From Nitrospirales bacterium (lineage in GTDB: Bacteria > Nitrospirota > Nitrospiria > Nitrospirales > UBA8639): a DNA stretch of 64,000 nucleotides. Each line of letters starts with the position of its first letter. Within the stretch, counting starts at the first letter, position 1. Below are positions 47,687-59,931 of this stretch, piece by piece. Location of the stretch: assembly GCA_965203295.1 (NCBI GenBank), contig CBDBCZ010000018.1, forward strand, positions 352,001 to 416,000, read 5' to 3'. A program made the translations under genes and the position numbers. A model generated the notes under the pieces. That model searched no databases and was not told the origin of the DNA. It worked only from the letters and a program-made list of their open reading frames with translations.

Positions 47687-48307
47687 CTTAATATAAAGTA
47701 CATGTTTTTTCTATTTTATATGGGCACATAAATGTGCCCATGGCGTTCAAAGAGTTAATTATATTATTATTATAATCATACACAGAAATACTAAGGCAAA
47801 CACTGATTGAAAAGAGCTACTCACCTGATTGCCCCAATTTTGTTGAGTTATCACTTACAAGACGATCCCGGTCAATGGGGCTTGGGATGGTTCTGGCCTC
47901 AGAGTGCCTATACGGGAATGTCTTGATTTGCCCATTCAGGGCGTCAGTGGTGAAATACCCCTTTTCCCTGATGCAGTGGGCAAGAATCCTCCGGCACTGC
48001 AGCACTAGGACACCCTCAAAGATCACGTGCATGATGTCATGCGGTAACCACCGATAGACATCAAAATGTGGTGCCTGGTCGAGGATGCTCAGCCGATTCA
48101 CCCCGTAGGTTGTGGAGAAGCTGTCTGACAATCCTGGAGCTGAGTCCAATAGGAGGCACTGTCGTCTGTGCCTGTCAAGGCTCCTTAGTTGGTCCTTGGA
48201 GGCATTGAACTGTAGTGAAGAAGTTCTGTATACCATTATGTATGTAGCTATTTGGCCCAAATTGCACAAATTAACCTGTATGTAGGGGTCTGTGGGTATG
48301 TTCTTAA

Positions 48308-48962
48308 CCCTTTGAGCGCGGTACTTGATTATTCATAACTTCCGCGTCACGCGGAAGTCAATTTAATTTTTGTCTACGGTGCATGTGCTCGCAGTTTTGT
48401 AGAGTTGTAGGCTATTTTCCGTGCTGAACGGCAACACTGGAAGCCAGGAAGTGTAAAACTATCGTTGTTTAGTGTGTAGCTGGTGTGCTAAAGTCCCTGC
48501 TATTGCAGAAGAGCGAATACAAACGGCAGCACTAAAGCCAACTTTGGTAGTCGCCATTTTCGTGTGTCTGTCCCCTCAACTACAGTGGTGAGTCGCTTCT
48601 GTTACTTCGTGCCGGTTCTGTTACTAAGTGCTGGATCTGTATCTAAGGCCTAGCGCTCTGACTGCAGCCATTCTCGGCGTTTTAGGCTTCAAAAGCCTTG
48701 TAGACGCTACCCGCGCCTTTGCCGCGTACTAACTGTGCTACACAACTAAGCGTCAAGTGAACGCTTCGAACGACTTGTGGCGGGGGTGGAGCTTTAGATC
48801 GATTGCTAAAGACCGTAAGGTTATCCCCTAAAGTATCACGCGTGCCATAAAATTGGAAGGGTCTGACCCGTAGCACTTACTATGGTGAGCGTATATATAC
48901 GCTCGCCGCGATACGCGGAAGTAATTTTCGAGCGTATATATACGCTCGCCGCGTTCAAAGGG
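48308..48962. mobile_element. piggyBac-type MITE
   Basis: TTAA TSD at 48304-07 and 48963-66. TIRs ccctttgagcgcgg / ccgcgttcaaaggg. Empty site ttcttaagtagcc at ~14871 and ~34503. Confidence 0.9.
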
Positions 48963-49058
48963 TTAAGTAGCCCCACCCCTGTTGTGGCTTGCGTATGTGT
49001 TCTTGAGTTTGTCCCTCTTCACTAACTACTGACATGATGACTACCAGTGACAACATAC

Positions 49059-49182
49059 CTTCGTATGAAGATACTGAGGTAGAATCATGCTTCGTATGAA
49101 GATACTGAGGTAGAATCATGCTTCGTATGAAGATACTGAGGTAGAATCATGCTTCGTATGAAGATACTGAGGTAGAATCATG
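49059..49182. repeat. 31-bp x4 tandem repeat
   Basis: cttcgtatgaagatactgaggtagaatcatg occurs four times. It is single-copy at the homologous sites ~14970 and ~34602. Confidence 0.9.
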
Positions 49183-49416
49183 CATGCTCGGCGTTTTCTG
49201 TATGTCGAAGCACTTTCCTTGTACCCCCCAGCACAGCTTGCAGTGGCAGAATCTTCAAGAAATGCAAGCTAGCACCCATGAAAGTGATGCTCTTGCCTTC
49301 CAGTGCATACATGAATGCCTTCCTGTTGGAACAAATAATTTAGGTGCTTAAATGTCATAACACAGACAGGAGAAATGTATGCAAAGGACAGAACCACACA
49401 CATGTCCAATGCACAT

Positions 49417-49580
49417 TGTGGTATTACTCGATAACTCAACAGTAATAGAATAGACTCTACAAGATACAACTGAACAATACAGCAATAGTACAAGTATTTA
49501 TACACAGGAAATGCAGCATACTATAAATAGAGTAAACGTCATACTATATAGTAGATCTAACTATAGGCAGTTACACCACA
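49417..49580 (-). repeat. Complete Gypsy 3' LTR with adjacent PPT
   Basis: Termini tgtggt...accaca, then tctccccctt and the integrase tail. Confidence 0.8.
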
Positions 49581-50139
49581 TCTCCCCCTTTAGGCCAGTT
49601 GCACTGGAGGGGTGATTGGCGTTCCAGTTTGGGATCTTGTCATGATCCTGCGAGTTAGTTCGAGCTTGGGTGCATGCGGTGAATCATGCCAGTCGTTCGA
49701 ACGATCGGACGTATCGGGCACAACAGTCAGGTGGGAGTGGTTTCGACGCACCTGCCCGGTTGGAGTGTCGACCACATAGGACCTAGGGTCGGCTGCTAAG
49801 GAAACAACTCTTCCCCGAACTGGGTCCCCTTCAGAGTTGATCCAGACCTCTAAATATAAATTGCAAAGAGATGGAGGAAGTAGAAGCATTTAACACTTTG
49901 CATGCCTAGAAATCATATACAAAAACAAGTGTATTTAGAGTGGCTAGGTCTTAGCTCAGAAAAAGAAGAAAATGTGGGGTGGAAAACCCCGGAAACGAAC
50001 CTGGGCCACGCACTCAGGAGGACCGGCGCTTTACGAAACGATCCAAGAGGCGTGGAATCAGGTAGTTGTACTACAAAATGTTAGCTTATATAGCGATAAC
50101 GCATAAATGCGTTGTAGGCGTGCAAAGTGTTAAGTACTT

Positions 50140-51255
50140 GCAGCTGGGGGTGTAGTTTGACCGATGGATGAGAGGAAACATGAGGGTCGAGAAAGCAGAG
50201 GAATGGGTAGGTAAAGTAGAATGGATGGCTAGGGTAAATGGAGATATGGAAGTCGAGCGTAGAAGGATGGCATGGGAATTGATGGCAAGGCCATGTTTGG
50301 AGCACGCAGCAGAAGTATGGTGGCCAGGAGGGAAAGTGGTGGGTAGAAAATTGGAAGCAGTGCATGCAAGACAGAATAGGTAGGAAGTTGCTGAGGGCAA
50401 GCAATACAGTGGCAGGGTTGCGGTGCGAGGTGATCTTGGATGGAGAAGGTTGGAAGAGAGGAGGGAAGAGAAGAAGGTTCTGTTTGGTAGGGGGAACTAG
50501 GTGAAGAGAGACTGGTAAAGTGGATTGTAGAAAAATTGCAAGAAGCTGGTGGAGTGGGGTGAGAGAGGAGTATGAAGTGCTGACTAGGAAGTATGGGCTG
50601 GAACAGGAAGATGAAGGGCAAGCAGGGTTTGCTGCAGAGTGGAAGAGGAGAGTGAGAGAGCTAAACGGGAATGAATGGAAGGAAGAAGTAGAGCCAATGA
50701 GCAGCTTGAGATGGTATAGAGTAGTGCAGGATACTTTTGGTGTGGAGGAGAACATTGCATCATGGGTAGGGCATGCGGCGGTTAGGTTGAGGTTTCGGTT
50801 GAGTACTGGTTCTGCGGGGTTGTTTGAGGATAAATGGAGGTGTCGGATGTGCGTAGATGGGAGGTGAGTGTTGTGTAATAGGGGTGACGTAGAGGATGTA
50901 GGGCATTTTGTATTGAATTGTGGAGAATTTACTGCAGAGAGGAGAAAGTTGGTTAGGAAGATTAGGAGTTTAATAGGGGCAGAAAGATGGGGTGAGGAAT
51001 ATGACAGAGATGTAGAAGAGAAGAAGGCGTTGTTAGGAAAGAGGGTGGAAGGGGTGGAGAGGGATGTGATGGATGTAGTAGACGGGTGGTTGTTAAAGGA
51101 GTTGCTGGTGTGGTGGAGAAGGAGGAAAGATTTGTTGGGATGGACTTAGGTAGCTAAACCCTGCTCCAAGTACCTGGAACCCAGTGCTCCCATACCCCCA
51201 CCTCCTATGATCACAACAGTTATTGCTATTGTAGTTATAAATGTTGTTATTATTC
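50140..51255 (+). pseudogene. Non-LTR retrotransposon 3' fragment (duplicate of 5690-6810)
   Basis: Near-identical ORF fragments at 50168-50383, 50520-50867 and 50868-51149. Confidence 0.7.
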
Positions 51256-52834
51256 TGTGTGTCTTGTATGTGATGGCCCAGTAGGGCTCAGACATGAAAG
51301 ATTTAAAGATATCCCGCCGATAGTAATTATGCTTCAGCGGTTTGTACAGCCTTTCACGGTTTTGACACAGAGCATCATTCGTACAACGCCTGTGACGCCA
51401 CGTGCTTTTGAAGATGAACATGCATGTACACGCCAAGTTTGACAGTCAGACGGAGTCAATTTATCGCCCCTAAGGTGGTATGAACATCATCCTTCTATCA
51501 TTTCATACCACCAGTATGAAGGTCAGTTCAGGTGATGATCACACCCAGTAGGTATGAAATTTACACCACAGTTTTAGCAGTGTGGGTCTGGGCACGAGAC
51601 TGTAATATAGGCCCTTGCCATAATAGCAAGGTGGACTCATCTGTCTGCACCATACCACACAGGACTTCCGATTCACTAGTTGTGACTACAGAATGTATGA
51701 GTGACCCCCCCCCCCCCCCAATCATGCTACTGTATTTCAGCAGTCCACCTTAAAAAAAAGCTGTTATTTAAAATAAGTGAATTGCAGACATGTGTAGATG
51801 GGTACAGCTACTTACATGACATTACGTTACATTTATGTGTCTTGTGCGTGTTGAACTTGTCCTTTCTAAACTCTATTTCTCTCTCCTCTTGCTTGCGCTG
51901 GTAGGCAAGTATCTTGACATGCTGCATTTTGGTAAAATCCAGGACAGCGTAGGAAGTCTGTTCAGTTGATGGAGGGAGGTATTCATTGGGTTCTTTTTAA
52001 AACACCACCTCGTGGTAGGGGAATTTTCGTGACTCTTGTCACAGAAGGGTGGCTGTCTGGATTTGGAGCCCTCTCCTGCAGTGGCCGCTGTCCTACAGCT
52101 GAGACATCCACCACCAGGTGTCTGTCCATGTTCTCCTAATTGGGCTGATGGAGGTTGGTTGAGGGGGAGGTATCCCACCAGGGGTAAGAGGCATAGACGT
52201 CTGCTCTGACCTTTGACTGCCATTCAAGCTCTTCACCTACCTTTTGCATAGCCACACAACCCACGACCATATGTGCGGGTGGGTTTAGCGGACAGGGGAG
52301 TTGGTATACTCCAAGTTGAATACCATATAGGAAGCAAGTAGAACTACCCCCTGCACAGACAGAGATAAATCAAGATCTCACTACAAAATAGTTAGGTATA
52401 GTCTTTTCTTTAATACAGTGGAACCCCTCTATTGTTGCACAGGTACTAAATTTGCTACTGTACACAGAGACAGAAACTTAGCATGCAGTCAATACACTGT
52501 AGCCAAGTGATGACAACTTACCAATTGAACTTCATGCATATCCCAGTGGCATAGCGCAGCTGAGCAGAGAAGTTAAACTAGTGGACAGGAAGTGACATCA
52601 GCCTAGCAACCTGTGCCTGCAGGCCTGGTAAGAGATAAAGTTAAAGAAATCTAACCTTGTTACCACCTCCCTCACAGATGTGACAGTAGTTTCGACAGTA
52701 AGCCCAGGAACAAGTAAATCCATTTTTGTACCTGTCACTCCCAGCCTTAGGGCCACCCTTACCAGCTGTACAGGCTCATTACTGAACTTTATGAAAAAAA
52801 CAAGTTTGCATACAAATGCGTATGTGATGTATAA

Positions 52835-53377
52835 TTACCCTGCGGCGCGTAGGCGGCGACGGGGTTAAGCAATTGGTTCTGTCTGTTCGTTCGTCCGTCC
52901 GTCCGTCCGTCCGTCCGTCTGTCCAGTGTCTGTCCGCTCAAAAATCGGGCTATCTCGCAATTTACAGGGTTAAACGATTGCTAAACACGACAGTAACATT
53001 GAAATCAAAAAAAAAATGTCCGGGTGTGTACCTGATAGTCGCCAAAGCAGTTCCATTCGCTGTATCTACAGCTCTTTCTTATTTAACAATGGTGCATTCT
53101 GCCATTTTAATACGGTCACAACTAGAATACGATAGAGGCCGGGCATATATGGACTCTGGTCACGTGTTCATACTGGCAATCAGTCACGCCCACCACTTCC
53201 CATAGGATATACAGATATATATGCATACACGAGCGCTGTACACTCTACGTGCGGATACACAGCCAGTGATATACATGTACATTATGCCAACTACTCCATC
53301 AGCCCAGTCTGCAGTCCTACCAGGTCCAAGTTGTGAATTATGCACCGCGGGGTATGTCTCTGCTAGAGACTTCTAGT
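52835..53377 (+). mobile_element. Complete HINE/DINE-like Helentron-associated element
   Basis: 5' ttaccctgcgg, (gtcc)n microsatellite, 3' subterminal inverted ccgcggggta, hairpin gtctct-gct-agagac and terminal ctagt. Confidence 0.75.
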
Positions 53378-54029
53378 TATTATATGGCTCGAGTAACTAG
53401 AGCTACCATCTCCAAAAACTGCCTACACAACCATGACAGGAGTTGGGTGACGTCATTCTAAGGCTTTGTGTAGACGTGCTCGATGCACGGACAATCCATC
53501 TAACCACTCTACATCACAATTGAGGACATAAGCATCACGGAAAGCTTCTAGCTACCACGCTAAGGCTTGCTAGTACACTCAAAGCTTACCGTCTACGCTT
53601 CCCGGTTCAGAATAGGTAGAAAGTCGATGTACTGGCTTCGTTTGCGTCCATATAGAGGCTACATAAACCCTTTCACAGCTGGGAGTCGCCAATAGCTGTT
53701 TTGTCTACGCAGCAAAATCAGCACGTTCTACTCCAACGCGAATGATATGCACGAGGTAAATTAATTCGCCTACGGTGACGCCCAAGATGACGTAATTTCC
53801 GTGTGCAATGCGTTAATGCTCTGCCTTGAATACAAGTTATGAGGGCAAGTCACATGCAAGTCGAATAGGAGTTAATCTTGTATTTCACGCCATATAATAC
53901 ATAACTGCACTGTAGTAGGCATTAATAAAATATCAGTCCTGGAGTCACTTTATTTCCACCTGTACTGCCTCAATGTGTATAGCCTACCTTCGCAGAGTGA
54001 ACATCATTGTATTCTTCTGAGCCTGCTTA

Positions 54030-56254
54030 TAGCTGCTCACAAATAGGTCGGCCCTAATAGTGGAAAAATTCGTGGGTGTGAAATTTCCCAGCTGGTTCAC
54101 CATTCCCATAAAACGACGTAGCTCGGGGACGGTTGTTGGTGGCTTCATGTCTCGGATGGCCGAAGTTTTCTCTGGGTCGGCCCGAATGCCCGTCTCGTCA
54201 ATCATGTGACCGAGGAAGTTGATGGATGTCTTGGCAAATTTGCATTCCTGCGTGTTGAGCGTTACTCTCGGGAGCACCGCTCGCAGCCTGGCATCGTGTT
54301 GTGCCCTGTCGCTCCCGAACACCAGGACATCGTCCATCTGGCACACTACACCGCTGAGGCCTGTCAGGATTCTGGTCATGCGCTTTTGAAAGTGTTCAGG
54401 TGCACTGGAGATCCCGAATGGCTGTTTGTTGAAATAATACCGCCCAGATGGTGTGCGATGAACGTGATCAACAGGCGAGAGGCAGGAGAGAGGGGGATCT
54501 GCCAGAAACAACTGTTTGCGTCCAACTTGGTGAACAGCTTGGCTCCGGTCAATTGGGCAAGGGTGTCGTCCACCTTAGGGAGGGGGTGGACTTCTCGTAG
54601 CACGCTCTGGTTGAGGGGTTTCAGATCCACGCAGATCCACGCAGATCCGTATAGCTCCCGACTTTTTCGGGGCCACCACCATGCCTGCACACCAGGGAGT
54701 TGGGACATCTACTTTCGAGATTACTCCCATGGTCTCCATTCGCACCGAGCTCTTCTGCGACCTCTCTCAGTGGAAGCGGGACACAGCGTGGTGTGAAGAG
54801 AGAGAACGGTGTAGCTCCTGGTTTGAGCTTGATCTCGAATGGGTCTCCCAAATTTCCCAACCCTTGAAAGAGCTTCGGAAATTTCGTGTGGATGTAGGGC
54901 TCGGTGAGTGGGGGCTCGTCCCCAACGGTGTCAACGTCGTCGAGTCGTGCGGCGAAGTGGAGGGCTCGGATTGCAGGCAGTCCCAGGAGGTTTACTTGAA
55001 GCCCTTTCACCACAAACAGCTGTTGTTTGCTTGACCTCTGCTTGTAAGTAAAGTTGACACAGCACTGGCCTACAACTGGCAGTGGCTTCCTGGAAGGGCC
55101 ACAAAGGATTCAGTTAGGGGTGTAGAGTGGTGGTAAGTCGGGTATCTGCTTGTAGGTCTTCTCAGAAACAGCTGTCACCTCAGCGCCTGCGTCTAGCTTG
55201 AAGGTGACATCATGTTTTCCCACCTTGATGTCTGTGAACCACGCGGATTCCTGGGTGGATAGGCTTGTCGCGTCCAGATAGGCTGTGTCCAGACCTGACG
55301 CTGCCGCAAGGTTCTTCGTGAGACACTGTGCCCCATAGTGACCTTTCTTCTGACACTTGTGGCAGATTGCGTCCTTTGCTGGACACTTGTTGCGGGCGTG
55401 CTGCTCTTTGCCACAGCGTGTGCTCTGCTTGGAGCCAGGGGTCTGTTTTGTGTTGCTGCTTCCAGCGCCAGCGCGGGTGCTGTGGTGCTGCTGATCGGTG
55501 CGACGGGGGTCATTATGCTTCCTGCGATCGACACGCCTCGAGGTTGGGGGTATCGGCTCCGCTGAAGAGGTTGTGCTGGTCGTGGACCACTTCCCACTGG
55601 CGGATACTTTTCTTTGCCTTTTCCAGTGTAAGGTCGGCCTCCAGTTGCAATTGCTGGGAGAGGGAGGAGTCTCGGATCCCCACGATTAGCCGGATCATCT
55701 CGCTCTCTAGCGCTCCGTAGTTACAGTTGGCTGCGAGTTTGTACAGCGCCATTATGTACTGCTCTGAGCTCTCACCGGGGAGCTGGTTCTTGAGGTTGAA
55801 CCGCGCCCGTTCAAAGATGACATTCCGGCGGACTTGGAAAAATGCGTCGAAATGTCCCATGATGGTATCGTAGACCTTGCGCTCTTCGTCCATAGCGTTA
55901 GTGGAGGTCAAAACCGATTCGGCTTCTTCTCCCAGACAGTAGAATAATGCGCTGACTTGCTTCTCGGCGGATTCCTCGCCGAGGCCTGACGCGACTCTGA
56001 ACTGCTCGAATCGACTGCGCCAACGCGGCCATTCGTCGGGCGTCCTAAAGTTGAACGGCTCCGGCGGTTTGAGATGGAGAGTTGCTATTTCGAGGCTAGC
56101 GTACGATTACTGCTGCCACCATGTAGTATTACTCGAAAACTCAACTGAACATACAGGAAGTGTACAGCGGATATATACAGGGATACACACTAAATATAGA
56201 TAGTCCAATACGTCATAATGCATAATACATGCATGCCAAATATAGTCCACTACA
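54030..56254 (-). mobile_element. Gypsy 5' half (LTR 56122-56254, PBS, gag-pro-RT pseudogene), duplicate of 19512-21701
   Basis: Same motifs with independent frameshifts. Confidence 0.85.
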
Positions 56255-57801
56255 TTAGTTCAGTATTAATGCCACATTTCTTGAGGCAGATCTGGGAAGC
56301 CTTCCATATGCTTAGTGTCTGATTCCCACCTTTAATGTCCATTACCGTGGCAACCACTTTTCCCCACGCTTATAGCACTCAAAGGAGGCCACATACAGGG
56401 ATCATTGCTATGCCAATGTACATTAGGTCAGTTTGGGTGAGGGATTAAACTCCTCTCTGCCTTTAAATTCCCACACTCAAACTGACCTTTAACATAGGGA
56501 AGTCTTGAATTTACAGCTTGAGGGCATTTCCTAGAATTGAGGGCACCTGCATGTGTTTGTGTGTGTGTGAATGGGTGTATGTGTAAGTATGTGTGTGTGT
56601 GTGTGTATGTAAGGTCTGGCACAGGTATTGGTGCTCTACAGTGAAGATATCCTATCACAGATTATTTGTAATTTTGGGGCATATGAGGAATGGTCATTAA
56701 TTCTCACCGGTCGTGAAGTTTTGAACTTTACTTCGAAATGTTTCATTTCATGCTTTCATGTTTTGTATGTGTACAGTGTGGAAGGCAGAAAGTCTGTTTC
56801 TGGTTTTGAATTGCACTTTTCCACTGCTAGGTGCAAAAAGGGGTACTTTTCTTTAAAATCCAGACTTAATTGACACCACCCTGAAGTGCAATAATGTTCC
56901 TAACTCTTTTTGTTGAAATTGGAGTGCATGCATATATTTCACTATGTGGAGTAATCAAATTTTTTCATTGAAGTGATGGTTGTTCCAGACATTAGGATAT
57001 AATGGTGGGGGTGGGGAGTGGCAATTGGCCATGGGTGATCCAGGTGCTGATATATAAGGTGCATGGGATATAGTGGTGGGGGCCGGGAAGGCTATTTCTC
57101 GAGCCTCCACCACACTCGACCCACCCCCAAAACTACAAAAAAAGAGAAACGAATATGAGCAATTGGCCATGGGTGAGCCAGGTGCTGATATATAAGGTGC
57201 ATGGGATAATAGTGGTGGGGGTTGGGAGTGTGGGCCGGGAAGGCTATTTCTTGAGCCTCCACCACACTCGACCCACCCCCAAAACTACAAAAAAAAAGAA
57301 GAAAAAAAAGAATTGTCCCATCAAAAGGTTCGTGGAGTGCTGAGGTGCATAAAAGGAGCGGTTGTTTTTACTGTTGTGGTATACATACCGGTTTAGTCAT
57401 GACTTGCAGGACGCCATGTTCCACAAATATTTGTGGCACCTGTAACGAGAAGGAATAATATATTATTATAGTGAATGTCTTGCACAAAATGGCATATATG
57501 AATTCGAATCTGGGAGAAGCCCAGTCCAGTAAACAAATTGGCTGCATGTTCAGTAGCCATATTGTATGTGAAGAATGGTGTCATGCCACTTAAAAACTCT
57601 GTTGTGCTCATGCATGCAGATCAAGAAAAATAAGTATACATAATTTATATATGTAGTGAAGCGGCATTTTCATAAGATTAAAGTTTGTTGAGTTGGTAGC
57701 TTCTATATATAGCATACACCAGAGACATGCAAAGAAATAGCTGAGTACTTTGTACGCTCATGCTAGGTGATGGTCTATCGCTATAGCATTACTACACTCC
57801 A

Positions 57802-59550
57802 CTACGAGGCCGCGATCGTCTGGCTGTTGTTCACTTCCCCACCTGCGAAACCTGTGCCTCGGCCCTGGCCCTGCCAGCCGGCAGCTGCGCCGGCACCTTG
57901 GCCGGCGGCACCTACGCCCGTGTCTGCAGGGAAAAGTAGAGTAGTGTAAGTCACCGAATGTCGACCACGTTGTGAACTTTCTGTCAAGGGTTATATCTCA
58001 GCACTCAACATTTGAAACCAAGTTATAATGCTACCGTACCATGGCTGTACACCATTCTAATGTTAGTGAGTTCAATTCTTTATCGATGGTCGACTAGCAG
58101 TACGTATAATGTTCACTACATGTATACTTTTGCAATATCAAATCTCACTGACAACCATGTGCACACCCAAGGCTTTCTCACTTTTCGCGATTTATTTCCA
58201 CAGAAAGGTGGAGACTACTTTATTTCAAGGTGACACTCCTATAGTTTTCCTGTGCATTTTTGAAAGATTTTTCACCGAAACTGTGACCTGGAGCGGCATG
58301 AAGGTTAAATTGCGTATCATAAGTTAACTACTACGTTTCTACATATTGTCGACCGTGACAGTTGACAATATGTGACATATAAACTAAGTATTGTTTTATA
58401 TATATATATATATAGTGGTGGACGTTAGGAGGTGGTTGAGAAATGGTGCTTTACGCTATATAGCTAGCTATAGTGCCAAACATGCATGGAGGAAGAGATA
58501 ATTTGGCAGTGCGAAATTCTGCATTCTGTCTGATAAGAGTATTATATTTACAGTGATTATGCGAAATTCTGCAGAACTTTTTTGCAATGAAAAGAAAAGT
58601 ATTTGTAGTCATCAGTAGTGGTTCCTTTAATGGCAAAGTAGTTCAAAATGCACTGGAACTGGGCGGCAGGAGTGATATAAGTCAAAGCAATGTTCTTTTG
58701 TTTGTGGTTTGCAGTTTGTAATATTTTACCAGGCGTTCATACACATAGCACCAGTAATTGTCTGGGGTGCTACGGGTGCCTGATATCTTCTGGCAGGTGC
58801 AGTGCATATTCTAGGTTCTCTGTACATGCAGAGAGGCCATACAACTCCATGCATGATTGCATGTTTCCACAGCAACTTACTGAGGTAGCTGATGTGTTCT
58901 GTTTGCCATCCACAGTATCGTAGGTAGTGAGAATACACTAAGCGGTATATTCTCACGAGTAACATGAAACAAGCGTACACTTGTTTTGGAACAATGCCTG
59001 CCAGAACCACAGGAGCAACAATAGCGAACTTGTTGAACTCCTCTGCCTTCCAGTTCCCCAGTTTGCTGCTACTGGATGACTTGGGATTTAAGGTCGGCAA
59101 GCTCATTTGTCCAGGGAACTTCACTCAGAGCACTGATGAAGTCTGCTCAACGAAGGACACAAGGATTGCAGTCCTTCATTACAACTTGTACTAGCAAAGA
59201 CAAGGTGCTCAAACTCTCGTGAGATGAGGTTAAGTACGATTGTATGCATGGCATCGATCACAAGATCTTGGATGGGATCAAAACTGTACAAGTTGTACAG
59301 CCGATAGAACACAGATTCTCCATTAACCCCACACTCTGGAGAGATAACGCTCTGCTGCTTTCTTGTTGGAGCATTATCCACTACTCTCCCATCAGCACTG
59401 TTATTTTTGGCTGTCCTGGGTTCACCTGGGTGGTAAAATCGTCTGTGAAAATCACCATAATAATAATGTTTCCGGCTTGCTATGTAAGTTCCTTCAACTA
59501 CACAACGCCTGCAGCCATACTTACCTCCAGCCTTTGTCAACCCGAGTTCT
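57802..59550 (-). pseudogene. EnSpm/CACTA-like family 2 fragments (duplicate)
   Basis: ORFs 58726-59124 and 59121-59540 are nearly identical to 24131-24945. Confidence 0.65.
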
Positions 59551-59931
59551 CATTTTTGGGACGTTTCAAGTTTATTGTGGGACATTGAAAATGGATGTGA
59601 GGTTTGCAATTATAAGAAAACTAGGGCTAGCCTTAGGTTAATAGGTAACTACCAGTCACCACTTAAGCACTTAGTATCTAGCAATCATGTTGCGCAAAGT
59701 CGTAGGTGTTTTCTGTTGAAACAAGTTGCGGTAGTTGCCATACTAATAGACAGTTTTCCTCACTTTGTGTAATAGAGCTCATCTTCATAATTGACGTTAC
59801 AAATCAACAAGGTTAGCTGCTTAATAAGTGGGATTATAGTTGCACAATTACATGCTTAAATGATAGGGTTATAATTCATATGAGCTGGGTTATAATGCTC
59901 CAACAATCCTTGGCTGACATCCTCAATGATC

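Larger units (their letters stand above)
47817..49330 (-). pseudogene. EnSpm/CACTA-like transposase family 1, copy C
   Basis: TYGVNRLSIL..LPHDIMHVIFEGV..KLGQSG followed by a GTGAG donor. Interrupted by a MITE. Confidence 0.7.
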
